From Heteronotia binoei (lineage: Eukaryota), in NCBI RefSeq assembly GCF_032191835.1, contig NC_083238.1, positions 49,910,001 to 49,974,000 of the forward strand: a DNA stretch of 64,000 bases. The letters are read 5' to 3'. Each line of letters opens with the position of its first letter. The first letter of the stretch is position 1. Position numbers and translations under genes: made by a program. Of the stretch, positions 11,552-22,968 are shown in pieces. Below the pieces are notes generated by a model. It did no database searches, was not told the DNA's origin, and worked only from the letters and a program-made list of their open reading frames with translations.

Positions 11552-12052
11552 CATTGGAGTGAAATGGACAAACTTACAAGAATTTAAAAAGCACAAGATC
11601 TAGAAAAGTTTAAAAATGAGTGGGGAAAGTTCCAAAGGTATATTGAAAAACAATGGAACGTTAAAGGACATTTGGTGATCTTTGACAATGCTTAACTTTT
11701 AAAGAAACTACATATGGATTACAGTTTTAAAAAATGGGATTATTGGATTATAACTTTTTCGTTTCTTAGTGAATAAGAAGGACTTTCATGAAGATGGACT
11801 ATAATTATAGCCTTTGGTACTTCTTTTTCTGTTTTTTTTTATGAAGAAAGATTATTTAATAGATATAGTTTATTACCTTATAACAAATTAAATAAAATAG
11901 TAATAGGGAGTTGTTTGTTAAGGGGCTTGGCATTGCTGGGGGTCAGCAAAAGGGGGGTGGGGTGGAGAAAAGGTTATATATATGTATTAACTTTTAATAA
12001 CAAATGATATTATGCTATTACAATATATTACATTATAATAAATTGTTTTAAC
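11552..12052 (+). mobile_element. 5'-truncated L1 (ORF2 C-terminus plus 3'UTR)
   Basis: Translates as MDKLTRI*KAQDLEKFKNEWGKFQRYIEKQW. 20-bp TSD AAGAGTGTAA(A/G)CCAGGGCTG at 11532-11551 and 12053-12072. Confidence 0.75.
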
Positions 12053-12064
12053 AAGAGTGTAAGC

Positions 12065-12367
12065 CAGGGCTGGTCAAACTTGCTGAACATAAGAGCATAA
12101 ATGTCAGATGTTTGAGAGCCGCAAGACATGAACATCAGATGCTTGAGAGCTACAAGACAGAAGACAAATAGATGGGGGGGGGAGGGATAGGTGGAAAGAA
12201 AACAACTTTAAATGCATTCTCCAAGCCACCGGCTGGCTTGGCGAACTGATGTGAAGAGACAAAGGCCTTCTCCAAGCCAGCTGACAGGGTGGCGGGGGCT
12301 TTGAGAGCCACACAATGTGTGTGAAAGAGCCACATGTGGCTCCCGAGCCACAGTTTGTCCACCCCAG
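12065..12367 (+). mobile_element. hAT MITE (CAGGG(G/C)TGG(C/T)CAAAC type)
   Basis: 8-bp TSD GTGTAAAC (11536-11543 and 12368-12375; the copy at 12057-12064 has one mismatch). Confidence 0.7.
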
Positions 12368-12387
12368 GTGTAAACTGATACCAAGTT

Positions 12388-12684
12388 AGGAAAGGAAAGG
12401 TCCCCCGTGCAAGCACCAGTCATTTCCAACTCTGGGGTGACGTTGTGCAACGTTTTCAGGGCAGACTTTTTACTGGGTGGTTTGCCATTGACTTCCCCAG
12501 TCATCTACACTTTCCCCCCAGCAAGCTGGGTACTCATTTTACCGACCTCGGAAGGATGGAAGGCTGAGTCAACCCTTGATGCGGCTACCTGAACCAGCTT
12601 TCGCTGGGATAGAACTCAGGTCGTGAGCAGAGAGTTCAGATCACAGTACTGCAGTACTGCTGCTTTACCACTCTGCGCCACGGG
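12388..12684 (-). mobile_element. Sauria/Squam1-like SINE with a BovB-like tail
   Basis: Minus strand CCCGTGGCGCAGAGTGGTAAAG...GGTTTGCCATTG-type tail. TSD CCAAGTTAGGA (12381-12391 and 12686-12696). A second copy lies at 20021-20313. Confidence 0.8.
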
Positions 12685-12877
12685 TCCAAGTTAGGACCCA
12701 ATGGCAAAACAGTGTAATAAAGTGGAAGGCCATTTGGTCTGGGTAGCATTTGCGTGGGAACCCAACCAAAGGTAATCAAAGTTGCCTGTTAACTGCTTTT
12801 GCGACAAGTCTAAGAACAACAAAAGGACGTGCATTTCCTAGTTTAGAGGGCACCCTGCAGCAGCTGGCGGCTCTTAC

Positions 12878-13252
12878 CTGCTTGGCGCCCTGAGTGAACT
12901 CGTGGATGCTGAACTCCTGGTCGAAGTAGGCGCGGATGAGGAAGAAGTAGGCGCGGGTGCGGAGCCACATCAGGGGGTTGGGGACGCCCACCACCACCAC
13001 GCTCCGCTTCCCGCGGCCCCCGCCGCTGCCCCCTTCTTCGCCGCCGCTGCTGTAGGGCCGGGCGGGGGGCTGCAGCGGGGGCAGCCGGAGGGAAGAGCCG
13101 GGAGCTGCCGGCCGCGGAGGAGGCGGAAGGCCGAGCCAGCCGGACTGGGTCTGAGGCGCGGCCGAGAGGAGGAGGAATTGACGGGAACGGGCAGCGGCGG
13201 GCACAGCCCGGCTGCAGCAGAGCCCCGCCGCGGGCAGCAGCGGCAGCGCCAT
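12878..13252 (-). CDS. MAIP1: MAIP1 (C2orf47; m-AAA protease-interacting protein 1) coding exon 1
   Basis: MALPLLPAAG...VVVVGVPNPLMWLRTRAYFFLIRAYFDQEFSIHEFTQGAKQ matches the MAIP1 N-terminal region. Donor CAG|GTAAGA at 12878/12877; lies in a CpG island. An in-frame upstream ATG exists at 13279. Confidence 0.93.
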
Positions 13253-13420
13253 CGCCGCCCGCCTCAGCCCGCCCGTCATTCCCCCTGCGACGCCTCCACC
13301 GAGGTCCGTCCTTCAAATGAGCCCCGCCGGGAACTGGAGCCCCGCGAGGAGGGTTCCGCCTCTTAAAGGTTCCGCGCGCCTGCTTCTGGCTGGGCTCGAA
13401 AGGAAGCCCCGCGGACTGAC
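13253..13420 (-). promoter_or_regulatory. MAIP1 5' CpG island / promoter half
   Basis: CpG-rich sequence immediately upstream of the MAIP1 ATG, ending abruptly at a SINE (about 13420). Confidence 0.55.
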
Positions 13421-13830
13421 GCCTCCACTTGCAGCTGCTGGGATGGCCTTGGGTCAGCCACAGCTCTGGCAGAGGTTGTCGTTGAAAGGGCAGGTGCTGG
13501 GGGAGCCCTCTCAGCCCCACCCACCTCACAGGGTGTCTGTTGTGGGGGGAGAAGATAGAGGAGATTGTAAGCCTTGAAAGGGCAGCTTCTGCGTGAGCTC
13601 TCTCAGCCCCACCCACCTCACAGGGTGTCTGTTGTAAGCCTTGAAAGGGCAGCTGCTGGGAGAGTCCTCTCAGCCCCACTCACCTCACAGGGTATCTGTT
13701 GTGGGGGGAGAAGATAGAGGAGATTGTAAACCTTGAAAGGGCAGCTTCTGCGTGAGCTCTCTCAGTCCCACCCACCTCACAGGGTGTCTGTTGTGGGGAG
13801 AGAAGACAGAGGAGATGGTAAGCCTCTCTG
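13420..13830 (+). repeat. Squam3-like SINE body with 4 tandem internal repeats
   Basis: ACCTCACAGGG(T/TA)..TGTTGT recurs at about 13523, 13613, 13682 and 13774. Confidence 0.75.
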
Positions 13831-14751
13831 AGTCGAAAACGACTGGTGCTTGCACAGGGGACTACCTTTTTTACCTTTTAAGTTTTTTTTCAGGGTACGA
13901 GCTTTGGTGTGCACGCATCCTTTTTCAGTCAGATATAATGAAATGGAAGAAAACCATTCAGACTTATAGAGAGAGCCTGAACAGCAAATTAATGTGATGC
14001 CATGAAGAAGGATCCAGAAGTGTGCCTGAATACTTGTCAGCATCAGGTCTTACTAAGTGGCCAACAAGTTCTTCTGGAGGGCCAACAACAGGGCAGAGAG
14101 GCTGAGGCCTTTCTAAGAACATCAGAAGAGCCCTGCTGGATCAGACCAGTGGTCCATCTAATCCAGCATCCTGTCTCACAATGGCCAACCACTTTCTTTG
14201 GAGGTTCAGCAACAGGGCACAGAGGCTGAGGCCCTCATAAGAACATACGAAGAGCCCTTTTAGATCAGACCAGTGGTCCATCTAGTCCAGCATCCTGTCT
14301 CACACAGTGGCCAAACCAGTTCCTCTGGAGAGCCAACAACAGGCCATAGAGGCTGAGGCCTTCTCCCAATGTTGCTTTGACCCCTGATTCTGGTAGTCAG
14401 AGGATTGGTGCCTCTGACTCTGGAGGTTCCATTTTGTCACCATGGCTAGTAACCATTTATAGGTTGGTAGGCAAGATCACTTTGGGAGAGAAGGAGAGAG
14501 AAGTTGAAGTGGGGGGGAAGGAAAGAAAACAGCCTATCCTTAAAACAGAACCAAACAGTGTTCCCTCTAAGCTAAGTTAGTGTAAGCTAGCTCACAGATT
14601 TTTAGCCTCCAGCTCACACATTTTCATCTTAGCTCAGGAAGGAGGACCCCAGAGCAAACTAATCGATGCAGGAGCTCACAACTTTAATGCGAGTAGCTCA
14701 CAAAGTAGAATTTTTGATCACAAGACTCTGCAGCCATGAGGGAACATTGCA

Positions 14752-14764
14752 TGCCACCTAGCGG
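14752..14764 (-). promoter_or_regulatory. Candidate CTCF site between MAIP1 and TYW5
   Basis: The minus strand reads CCGCTAGGTGGCA, matching the CTCF core CCRCNAGRKGGCR. Confidence 0.45.
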
Positions 14765-15129
14765 TACCAACTGGGTAGGGAAGTCCCTGGAGAGGAGGGA
14801 TCAGTAGCAGTGTTCCCTCTAAACTGAGTGAGCGTGAGCTAGCTCACAGATTTTTAGCCTCCAGCTCATGCATTTTTGTCTTAACTCAGAAAGGATGACC
14901 CCCCAGAGCACAATAATTTTTGCAGCTTGAATGCCAGTTGCTCACAATTATAATACCAGTAGTAGCTCACAAAGCAGAATTTTTGCTCATAGGGAACATT
15001 GGTCAGTAGTACCTGGAGAGGGACTACCTGGAAGTTGGCAACCCTAGCAGCTATTCCAAAAAGCATTCACCAGACAGCAAGGCCCACTGAACAGCAGGCT
15101 TCCGAGCAGACCTGTTGGGGGGCGCTCTC

Positions 15130-15499
15130 TTTCCACGCCTGCCAGCTGGCGCGAAGCAGCCGCAGCGCGCAAAGCCTGAGCTCAAGATCTATTCGGAAGT
15201 CCACACCCACCGCCGCATCCGGCGCCGCTTACTCCCGGGGAGGAGGCGGTGCGCTTGCGATCCCAACCCCAGGACGCTTATGAAAGGGATCCCTGCTTTG
15301 AATTCTTCGCTTGGTGTTGGATTCAGCCCTGATCCTGCTGCATCTCCAAATCCACCAGCGTCTCCAAATCCACCAGCAAGGGGAGCTGAACAAGATATTT
15401 TTACTCTCTGGAAGCTGCATCCCCGAGCCCGGAGGCCGCTTCTGGAGAGGCCCGGTGGCCAGCAGGAGGAAGCCCCGAGAGCGGCGGGCCGCGGAGGAG
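15130..15499 (+). promoter_or_regulatory. TYW5 5' CpG island / promoter half
   Basis: CpG-rich sequence upstream of the TYW5 ATG, bounded on the left by MITE-like repeats. Confidence 0.55.
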
Positions 15500-15625
15500 A
15501 TGGGCGAGAGGCCGGCGGAGACGGGCGCCGCGGGGGTCCTGGAAAGGCAGCCGGTGGTCACCGTCCCCTTGGCTCGCTACGATGGAATCACCCGGGAGCG
15601 CTTCCTGCAAGAGATCTATCCGCTG
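15500..15625 (+). CDS. TYW5: TYW5 (tRNA-yW synthesizing protein 5, JmjC hydroxylase) exon 1
   Basis: MGERP...VPLARYDGITRERFLQEIYPL resembles human VPRLEGVSREQFMQHLYPQ. Donor GTAGGA; CpG island. Confidence 0.9.
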
Positions 15626-15689
15626 GTAGGAAAAGACTGGAAGGGCCTAAATTCATTCCCGCAATGGAGGGATCACCTCTAACCACTGC

Positions 15690-16200
15690 AGAACAGGATC
15701 TGTATGCGATTAGGGCTGCCAATCCTCAGGTGGGGGCAGGGGATCCTCTTCAGGGTCAACAGAAAGCCGGGGAGGGGGGGGGGGAGGGAAATGGCTGCTG
15801 GGAACTCGGTTATTCCCTATGGAGACTTATTCCCATAGGGTATAATGGAAAATTGATCTGTGGGTATTTGGAGCTCTCAAGGGGCTGTTGTTTGAGGTAG
15901 AGGCACCAATTTTTCAGTATAGCATCCGATGCCTCTCCCCAAACTACCCTCCAAGTTTCAAAAAGATTGGACCAGGGGATTCAATACTATGAGCCCCCAA
16001 GAAGGTGACCCTATCCTTCATTATTTCAGAAGAGAGAAGGCGTTTAAAAGGTGTCCGGTCCCTTTAAATGTGGTGTTCAGTTGTGCTTGTCACAACCTTG
16101 CTCCTGGCTCCACCCCCAATGCCTTCTGGCTCCACCCCCAAGGTCTCCTGGCTCCACCCCCGAAGTCCCCAAATATTTCTTGAATTGGACTTGGCAACCA
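15690..16200. mobile_element. AGGGTTGCC-terminated MITE family, possibly PIF/Harbinger-derived (representative copy)
   Basis: Shared internal sequences and GGCAACC/GGTTGCC ends recur at about 17450-18025, 45760-45950, 46140-46330, 49820-50120, 51250-51450, 55220-55430, 57090-57530 and 59810-59990. Confidence 0.55.
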
Positions 16201-16561
16201 ACCCTCATTTAATATAAAGCAGCTTCATATGTGAGAATCATGTAGTTCCCTGTGATCACTTCAGAGGGATGTCATGAGGGAAAACGAGATAAAGTTGATT
16301 AAGGTACTATGCTAATGGCTATATAACTGATGCTGATACTGACAGTGATGTAATACAGAATCTTACAATGCAGACTCTTTTGAATGAGAGCCTCTGCTTT
16401 AAAGCAAGCGCCTGTATTTCTATTATACTACCTGATGCTAGATCAATTAAGTATTGGACTGATCACATTTAAGAATAGTGCGTGGGTCAAGAGATGGGCA
16501 AAGGGAGTAGAAAGGAAGCTCTATGATGCAGTGATTCTATTTTTCTCCCTTCCCTTCTCAG

Positions 16562-16716
16562 AGAAAGCCAGCAGTCCTGAAAGGAATAGATTTGGGCCCC
16601 TGCACAGCCAAATGGACCGTGGATTACCTTAGTCAAGCTGTAGGAAACAAAGAAGTCAAAGTCCATGTCTCCGCTGTACCGCAGATGGATTTCCTCAGTA
16701 AGAACTTTGTGTATAG
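16562..16716 (+). CDS. TYW5: TYW5 exon 2 (155 nt)
   Basis: [52 protein letters not shown], with AG/GT boundaries. Confidence 0.95.
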
Positions 16717-17246
16717 GTATTTCATTCCAAGCCTTATTCTGTTTTAGTGGAACACGTCTAACAGCTAGAGATTCTGTATTTACGACTGGAGCTTTTTGTG
16801 GCATTAATTATTTTCTTTTCCAAAAGGGAGCTGGGTTACCATCTCGCTCTGCCAGGCAAGTTTTAGAAGAAGATGATATTGGATATATATCCCACCCTAT
16901 AAGCTGAATCGCAGAACGGTCACAGTCTCCTTTACCTTCTCTCCCCTCCCCTCAACAGGCACCCAGTGAGGTGGGCGGAGCTGAGAGCTCTCACAACAGC
17001 TGCCCTTTCAAGGACAACTCTGCGAGAGCTATGGCTGACCTAAGACTATTCCAGCAGCTGCAAGTGGAGGAGTGGAGAATCAAACCTGGTTCTCCCAGAT
17101 AAGAGTCCTTGCACTTAATCACTACACCAAACCATCCTGTGCAGAGCAGCTTGGTACAGCAGTGTTAGCTGGATACAGGGGCAGTTCCTTGATACCATTC
17201 TGCAGAATATTTTATGTTTGAGGGCAGTTGATGGTATATCAATGTT

Positions 17247-17429
17247 CAGGGCTCATTTTGTAGCAGGAGCTCCTTTGCATATTAGGCCGCACCCCCCTGA
17301 TGTAGCCAATCCTCCAAGAGCTTACAAGGCTTTTTATTACAAGGCCTACTGTAAACTCTTGGATGATTGGCTACATCAGGGAGGTGTGGCCTAATGTGTA
17401 AAGGAGCTCCTGCTACAAAATGAGCCCTG
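17247..17429. mobile_element. Palindromic ~180-bp MITE (CAGGGCT...AGCCCTG)
   Basis: Near-perfect fold-back sequence. Related copies at about 19355-19530, 24500-24670, 25480-25655, 34425-34550 and 54600-54720. Confidence 0.75.
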
Positions 17430-18051
17430 TGATTTTATTTTATTGGTAATAGACCAGGATTGCCTGATCTCCTCAGATCTTGGAAGCGAAACAGACCACC
17501 TCTCTTCATTCCTTGCATGGTTGCCAGGTCTAATTCAAGAAATATCTGGGGACTTCGGGGGTGGAGCCAGGAGACTTTGAGGGTGGAGCCAGGAGACGTT
17601 GGGGGTGTAACCAGGAACAAGGCCGTGACAAGCAAAATTGAACTCCAAAGGGAGTTCTGACCATCACATTTAAAAGGACTGCACATCTGTTAAATGCCTT
17701 TCCTCCATTGGAAATGATGGATAGAGGCACCTTCTTTTGGGGCTCATAGAATTGAACCCCCTGGTCCAATCTTTTTGAAACTTGGAGGGTCTTTTGAGGA
17801 GATGCTATGCTGCAAATTTGGTGCATCTACCTAAAAAAACAGCCCCCCAGAGCCCCAGATACCCATAGATCAATTCTCCATCATGTCCTATGGAAATGGG
17901 TCTCCATTGGGACTAATGGAGCACTCAGCAGACATTCCCCCCCCCCCCGCTTTCTGATAACCCTGAGGCGGGGGGAGGGCCTCCAAACCGGGATCCCCTG
18001 CCTCCACCTGGGAGTTGTCAACCCTAATTCCTTGTCTTAAAAACTCACGTT

Positions 18052-18679
18052 CAGGGGTGTCAAATATGTGGCCCGGGGGCCGAATCAGGCCCTCAGAGGG
18101 CTCCTATCAGGCCCCCAAGTAACTGGCTGTCATCTGCTTCCTTCTCCCTCTCTCTGGCTTCCTTCTGCATCACAGCTTGCTTTGCTGGGCTTGCTCAATC
18201 GCACAGGAGCTATAGAGCAAAGCCTCTATTTTCTCCATTGGCTGAGGCTCCTCTCTTTGGGAGGAAGTGGGGGAGGCAGAGCTTGCTTTGCTAGGCTTTA
18301 TCACAAAGCAGAGCTACTGAGCCAAGCCTCTCTTCCTTCTATCGGCTGAGGCTCCTCCCCCGCCTTGTCCCCTGGAGAAGGAAGGAAAGAGCCAGAGCTT
18401 CCTTTGCCCAGTTCCCTGGATCCCATGGGAGAAATACAATGAAAGCACCTTTAAGACCAGCAAGTGCTAATATTTTAAGCATGTTTTAAGGGTTTTTTAA
18501 AAAACAAAAACAAAAAAAACTTAATTGTGTTTGTCTGCCTCTTTTATAAAGTTTATATCTTTACTGCCTAATCTTAAATAGGTGCACACATGGCCCAACC
18601 CAACATGGCCCGGCCCAGCCCAACATGGTCTCATTTATGTCAGATCCGGTCCTCATAACAATTGAGTTCGACAGCCCTG
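18052..18679 (+). mobile_element. hAT MITE, same family
   Basis: Same termini and internal sequence as 21050-21565; TSD not preserved. Further related copies at about 3730-4270, 27396-27833 and 62580-63225. Confidence 0.7.
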
Positions 18680-20823
18680 CTCTAGTGGGTTGCCATGGGA
18701 GCTGCACGCACGCACACACACGACCTGAAAAGAACAGACTGAGAGTTCTCCAAAGTGTTGCTGGCCAGCCCCCTCTCCCACCATGCACCACTACGATTGC
18801 TAAAAGGAAGAAGGCAGATTCTTTTTAAAAAAATTGTTTGGCATCAGTGTTGAGAAGCACAGTGCCACCGTAACATCTCCTCAATTAGTTGGGACTGTTT
18901 TCTAAAGCCTTATTGTCAGACGTTTTCCCTTTGATTCACAGACCTGTTTTGTTTCTCTGCGGCTGTGAAGAATTGTGCCTCTTGTTTTCTGTTGAACCGA
19001 AATATTTTTCCGTTGAACCGATGGGACTAACAGAATTCAGGACATCCAGTTGTCTTCTATCATTTGCCTGTGAAAATTCCTTGGCTGTCTTCCCCAATGT
19101 CTTTCCTCTTGTCTAAACCATGACCAGTTTGAACCCCCAGTGGGGGCAGCATGGGCTCTGGCTTACACTGCAGGCTTATAAAGAGTCAGTGGTCTACGTA
19201 GAAGAAACGTGAAAGCAGTACTTCTATGCTAAGGCATGAGCAGAAATTAAAGCCACCAACTAGTTTTAGGGTGGTTAGTGGGATTAACAATCAGACCTTC
19301 TGCAAATATGCTTGGGAAGTTAAGTCCCGTTGGAGTTCAGCATGGCATACGTGCAGGGCTTTTTTTGTAGCAGGAACTCCTTTGCATAATAGGCTGCACC
19401 TCCCTGATGCAGCCAATCCTCCTGGAGCTTACAGTAGACCCTGTACTAAGAGCCCTGGAAGCTCTTGGAGGATTGGCTATGTCAGGGGGGCGTGGCCTAA
19501 TATGCAAAGGATTTCCTGCTCCAAAAAAAAAGCCCAGCATATGTGACCTAAAAGAAACATAAAAACAGTAATATCATGCAAAGTTAATATGGTGTCATGG
19601 TTAGTGGGAGATCCAAGTTCAAATCCCCAGTCTGCGGTGGAAGTTCACTGGGTGACCTTGGGCCAGTCACACTCAGCCTAACCTACCTTGCAAGGTTGTT
19701 GTGGGATCAAATGGAAGAGTGCAGAATGATGTATGCCAGTTTGGATTTCCATTGGGTAGAAAGGTGTGGTATAAATGAATTAAATAAAGTAAGCCATGAA
19801 GCAGTGAAGCTGTCTTAGCCCAAGTAGGTACCATTGATTTTAGGACTTACAGATACAGCTTTTAGGACTTAACTGTGTTTAGGATTGCTGTGTCGATCAG
19901 TAGCATTTAGATGGAAAGGTTTCTGCTTTGCATGGAACTGAACAATCCAAAAGCAAACTGCAAAGACAAAAGAATAAATAAATTCCATATATTCTGTTTG
20001 TGTGTATTCTATTTTAGTATAGGAAAGGAAAGGTACCCTGTGCAAGCACCAGTCATTTCTGACTCTGGGGTGACGCTGCTTTCACAACGTTTTCACGGCA
20101 GATGCTTTACAGGGTGGTTTGCCATTGCCTTCCCCAATCATCTACACTTTCCCCCCACCAAGCTGGGGACTCATTTTACCGACCTCGGAAGGATGGAAGG
20201 CTGAGTTAACCTTGAGCCGGCTACCTGAACCAGCTTTTGCTGGGATCGAACTCAGGTCATGAGCAGAGCTTAGGACTGCAGTACTGCAGCTTTAACCCTC
20301 TGCGCCACGGGGTTCTTTTATTTTAGTATAACAATAAAGTTAATAGTGCATTTTATCAATATAAATTTGCAATTCGATCTCTGTATAAAGTCTCAGGTTT
20401 GTACAATGTGCTGTATTCAAAGTCCATTCGATATAAATAACCAGCACAATGAATGGTTGAGAAGGACCCTGTGTTGCAGACACTACTCAACTTCTGATGC
20501 ATAAATCTTGCTTTAAACAACACATGATGACAGGAAGCTGGCTAAAATTAGCCTGTTTTGGAGAACTCCTTCTTCAAGGTTGAAGAACACACTTTTCCCT
20601 CATAAATAACAGTCAGTCGAGCATATCAGAGGTATAAATTACTTCACAGTCATTCCTCAGTGAAGAAGGCACAGCCCTCCACCTCCCATATGGAACTGAA
20701 GCAGGAAGTCTGGAGAGCATTGATATCACAGTATTTAAAAAAAAAACAGTTCCTTTCCTTGTGAAATGCATTGTTAATTCTTTTATTCGTGCCTCTTGAA
20801 TATATTTCTTGTTTTCATTTCAG

Positions 20824-20893
20824 AACATTGCCCTTTGATGTATTTGTGAAGAGAGCAGCTGAAGCCAAACACACAGAGTACTACATTTCTGAG
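20824..20893 (+). CDS. TYW5: TYW5 exon 3 (70 nt)
   Basis: R-TLPFDVFVKRAAEAKHTEYYISE; acceptor TTTCAG, donor GTAACT. Confidence 0.94.
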
Positions 20894-21049
20894 GTAACTA
20901 TGCAGTGTCTTGACTGGTACTGAAATTGCCTTGGAAGTTAAATTTTTGTGAGGAAAAATGTAGTTGTAATTCAGAAGATGAACCCCAGTTCAGCACTCCC
21001 CAGATGAAGTTATATGGGCAATACAATCATAAATGTGTATACTTTAAAG

Positions 21050-21565
21050 CAGGGGTGTCAAACATGCAGTTCGGGGGCCGAATCTGGCCCCCAGAGGGTT
21101 CCAATCAGGCCCCCAAGCAACTGGCTGTCATCTGCTTCCTTCTCCCTCTCTCTTGCTTTCTTCTTCATCTCAGCTTGCTTTGCAAGGCTTGCTCCATTGC
21201 ACAGCAGAACTACTGAGCCAAGCCTCTCTTCCTTCTATTGGCTGCAGCTTCTTGCACCCCCAGTCCCCTGGGGAAGGAAGGAAAGGGCCAGAGCTGCCTT
21301 TGCCCAGTTCCCTGGACCCCATGGGAGAAACACAAAGAAAGCATCTTTTAAGACTTTAAGAGTACCAACATTTTAAGCATGTTTTAAGTTTTTAAAAAAT
21401 ATATATTTGTGTTTGTATTCCTTATAAAATTTATATCTCTGCTACCTAATCTTAAATAGGTACACACATGGCCCGGCCCAACATGGTTCGGCCCAACCCG
21501 ACATGGTCCGGCCCATCAAGGTCTCATTTATGTCAGATCTGGCCCTCATGAGCTCGACACCCCTG
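21050..21565 (+). mobile_element. hAT MITE, same family
   Basis: CAGGGGTGTCAAAC ... GACACCCCTG with an 8-bp TSD CTTTAAAG. Confidence 0.85.
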
Positions 21566-22506
21566 CTTTAAAGTAAATCCAAATGAGGTCAGTGGAGTTT
21601 GAACCCACTTAAATGGGCATTTGTATAGCCTTTGTAGCTCCATCTTTGTTACTGGCTGGTGCTTGCCTTGAGTCCAAGAGAATATCCTCCTCTCTCATGC
21701 ATCTTGGCAGCTCTTCTTTTCAAAGCCTGATTTGTTTCCTCTCACAACTAGATGCCAGATGTGAGATGGCCTAGCTTTATCCTAGTGTTTGAGATAGCTT
21801 GCTTAATTTATTTATTTACCTTGGGTTTATACGTCGCCTGCTCCGCAAGTAGTGGCTTACAGTCCTAATAAAAACAATTTCAGTTATCCAGTTATTTCCT
21901 TGACTGGTACTCAGCATAATTAAACTCCAAGATGGATTGGGATAAAAGCTCCCTCTAACTGTGGAGTCTTTTTTTTTTAAACTTTATTTAAAATTAGAAT
22001 ATACAAGTTGTGAAGTCTTCTAAAAACAAAAATTCTACTTCGTTCGCGACTGGGATTATAGTTGTGAGTGAGTGATTCGGCTACTGCGTAAATTAGTTTC
22101 CTCTGGGGCCATCCTTCCTCAGCTAAGACAAAACAAAATATACGAGCTGGAGGTTAAAAATCTTGCACCCTTGATTTCTAGGTGATCAATTCATCGTTTA
22201 AAAACAGTATAAATCAGGGGTGGCCAATGGTAGCTCTCCAGATGCTTTTTGCCTACAACTCCCATCAGCCCCAGCCATTGGCCATGCCGGCTGGGGCTGA
22301 TGGGATTTGTAGGCAAAAAAAAAATCTGGAGAGCTACCGTTGGCCACCCCTGGTATAAATGTAAAACAAACAAAACTTAGTGGAATTGGACAGGTTCTTC
22401 TGTTGAGCTTTTTAAAGTTCCCCCCAAATGTAGATGCGTCCTTGGTTTAGCAAGATGGTTAGCCCTGCACACCGTTTATATAGTTTGTGGTGTTTTTGTT
22501 TTTGAG

Positions 22507-22551
22507 GATGAAAAATATTACCTACGCTCTCTTGGAGAAGACCCTCGGAAG
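22507..22551 (+). CDS. TYW5: TYW5 exon 4 (45 nt)
   Basis: DEKYYLRSLGEDPRK matches the human peptide as recalled. Acceptor TTTGAG (unusual -3 G), donor GTGAGT. Confidence 0.94.
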
Positions 22552-22684
22552 GTGAGTGATGTTCTCTCACGTCATCAACGTTTTATTTCCAAAAACAGAA
22601 CAAAGTTTGAGTCTGGTGGCACCTGTAAGACCAACGAAGTTTTATTCCGGGTATAAGCTTTTGTGTGTGTGTGCATTTCTTCAG

Positions 22685-22968
22685 ATCTGAAGAAGAAGAT
22701 GATATTGGATTTATATCCCGCCCTATACTCTGAGTCTCAGAGCGGCTTACAATCTCCTTTACCTCCCCCCGCCCCCCCACACAACAGACACCCTGTGAGG
22801 CAGGTGGGGCTGAGAGAGCTCTCATAAAAGCTCTCCTTTCAGGGACAACTCTGCGAGAGCTATGGCTGACCCAAGGCCATTCCAGAAACTGCAAGTGGAG
22901 GAGTGCGGAATCAAACCTGGGTCTCCCAAATAAGAGTCTGAACACTTAACCACTACACCAAACTGGCT
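22685..22968 (-). mobile_element. Squam3-like SINE (representative copy)
   Basis: Same family also at about 16860-17135(-), 23860-24080(+), 24675-24950(+), 30376-30610(+), 38445-38620(-), 54790-55070(+), 60315-60590(+) and 61545-61825(-). Confidence 0.8.

Larger units (their letters stand above)
10757..12850. repeat. Local ~390-bp tandem triplication containing a Penelope-like terminus; the last unit carries nested insertions
   Basis: GGGATCCAAGTGG..AGTCCAGT(A/G)GCACC recurs at about 10759, 10977 and 11366. AAAGTTGCCTGTTAACTGC..TTTCCTAGTTTAGA recurs at about 10859, 11257 and 12779. Confidence 0.7.

Noticed and set aside
12843-13679. 278-aa minus and 154-aa plus ORFs over MAIP1 exon 1
   Set aside because: Alternative-frame read-through of a GC-rich CpG island plus SINE sequence; low complexity and no recognisable domain.
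15115-15900. 261-aa ORF at the TYW5 5' end
   Set aside because: Out of frame with the true TYW5 exon 1 and runs into a MITE; an artefact of stop-poor GC-rich DNA.
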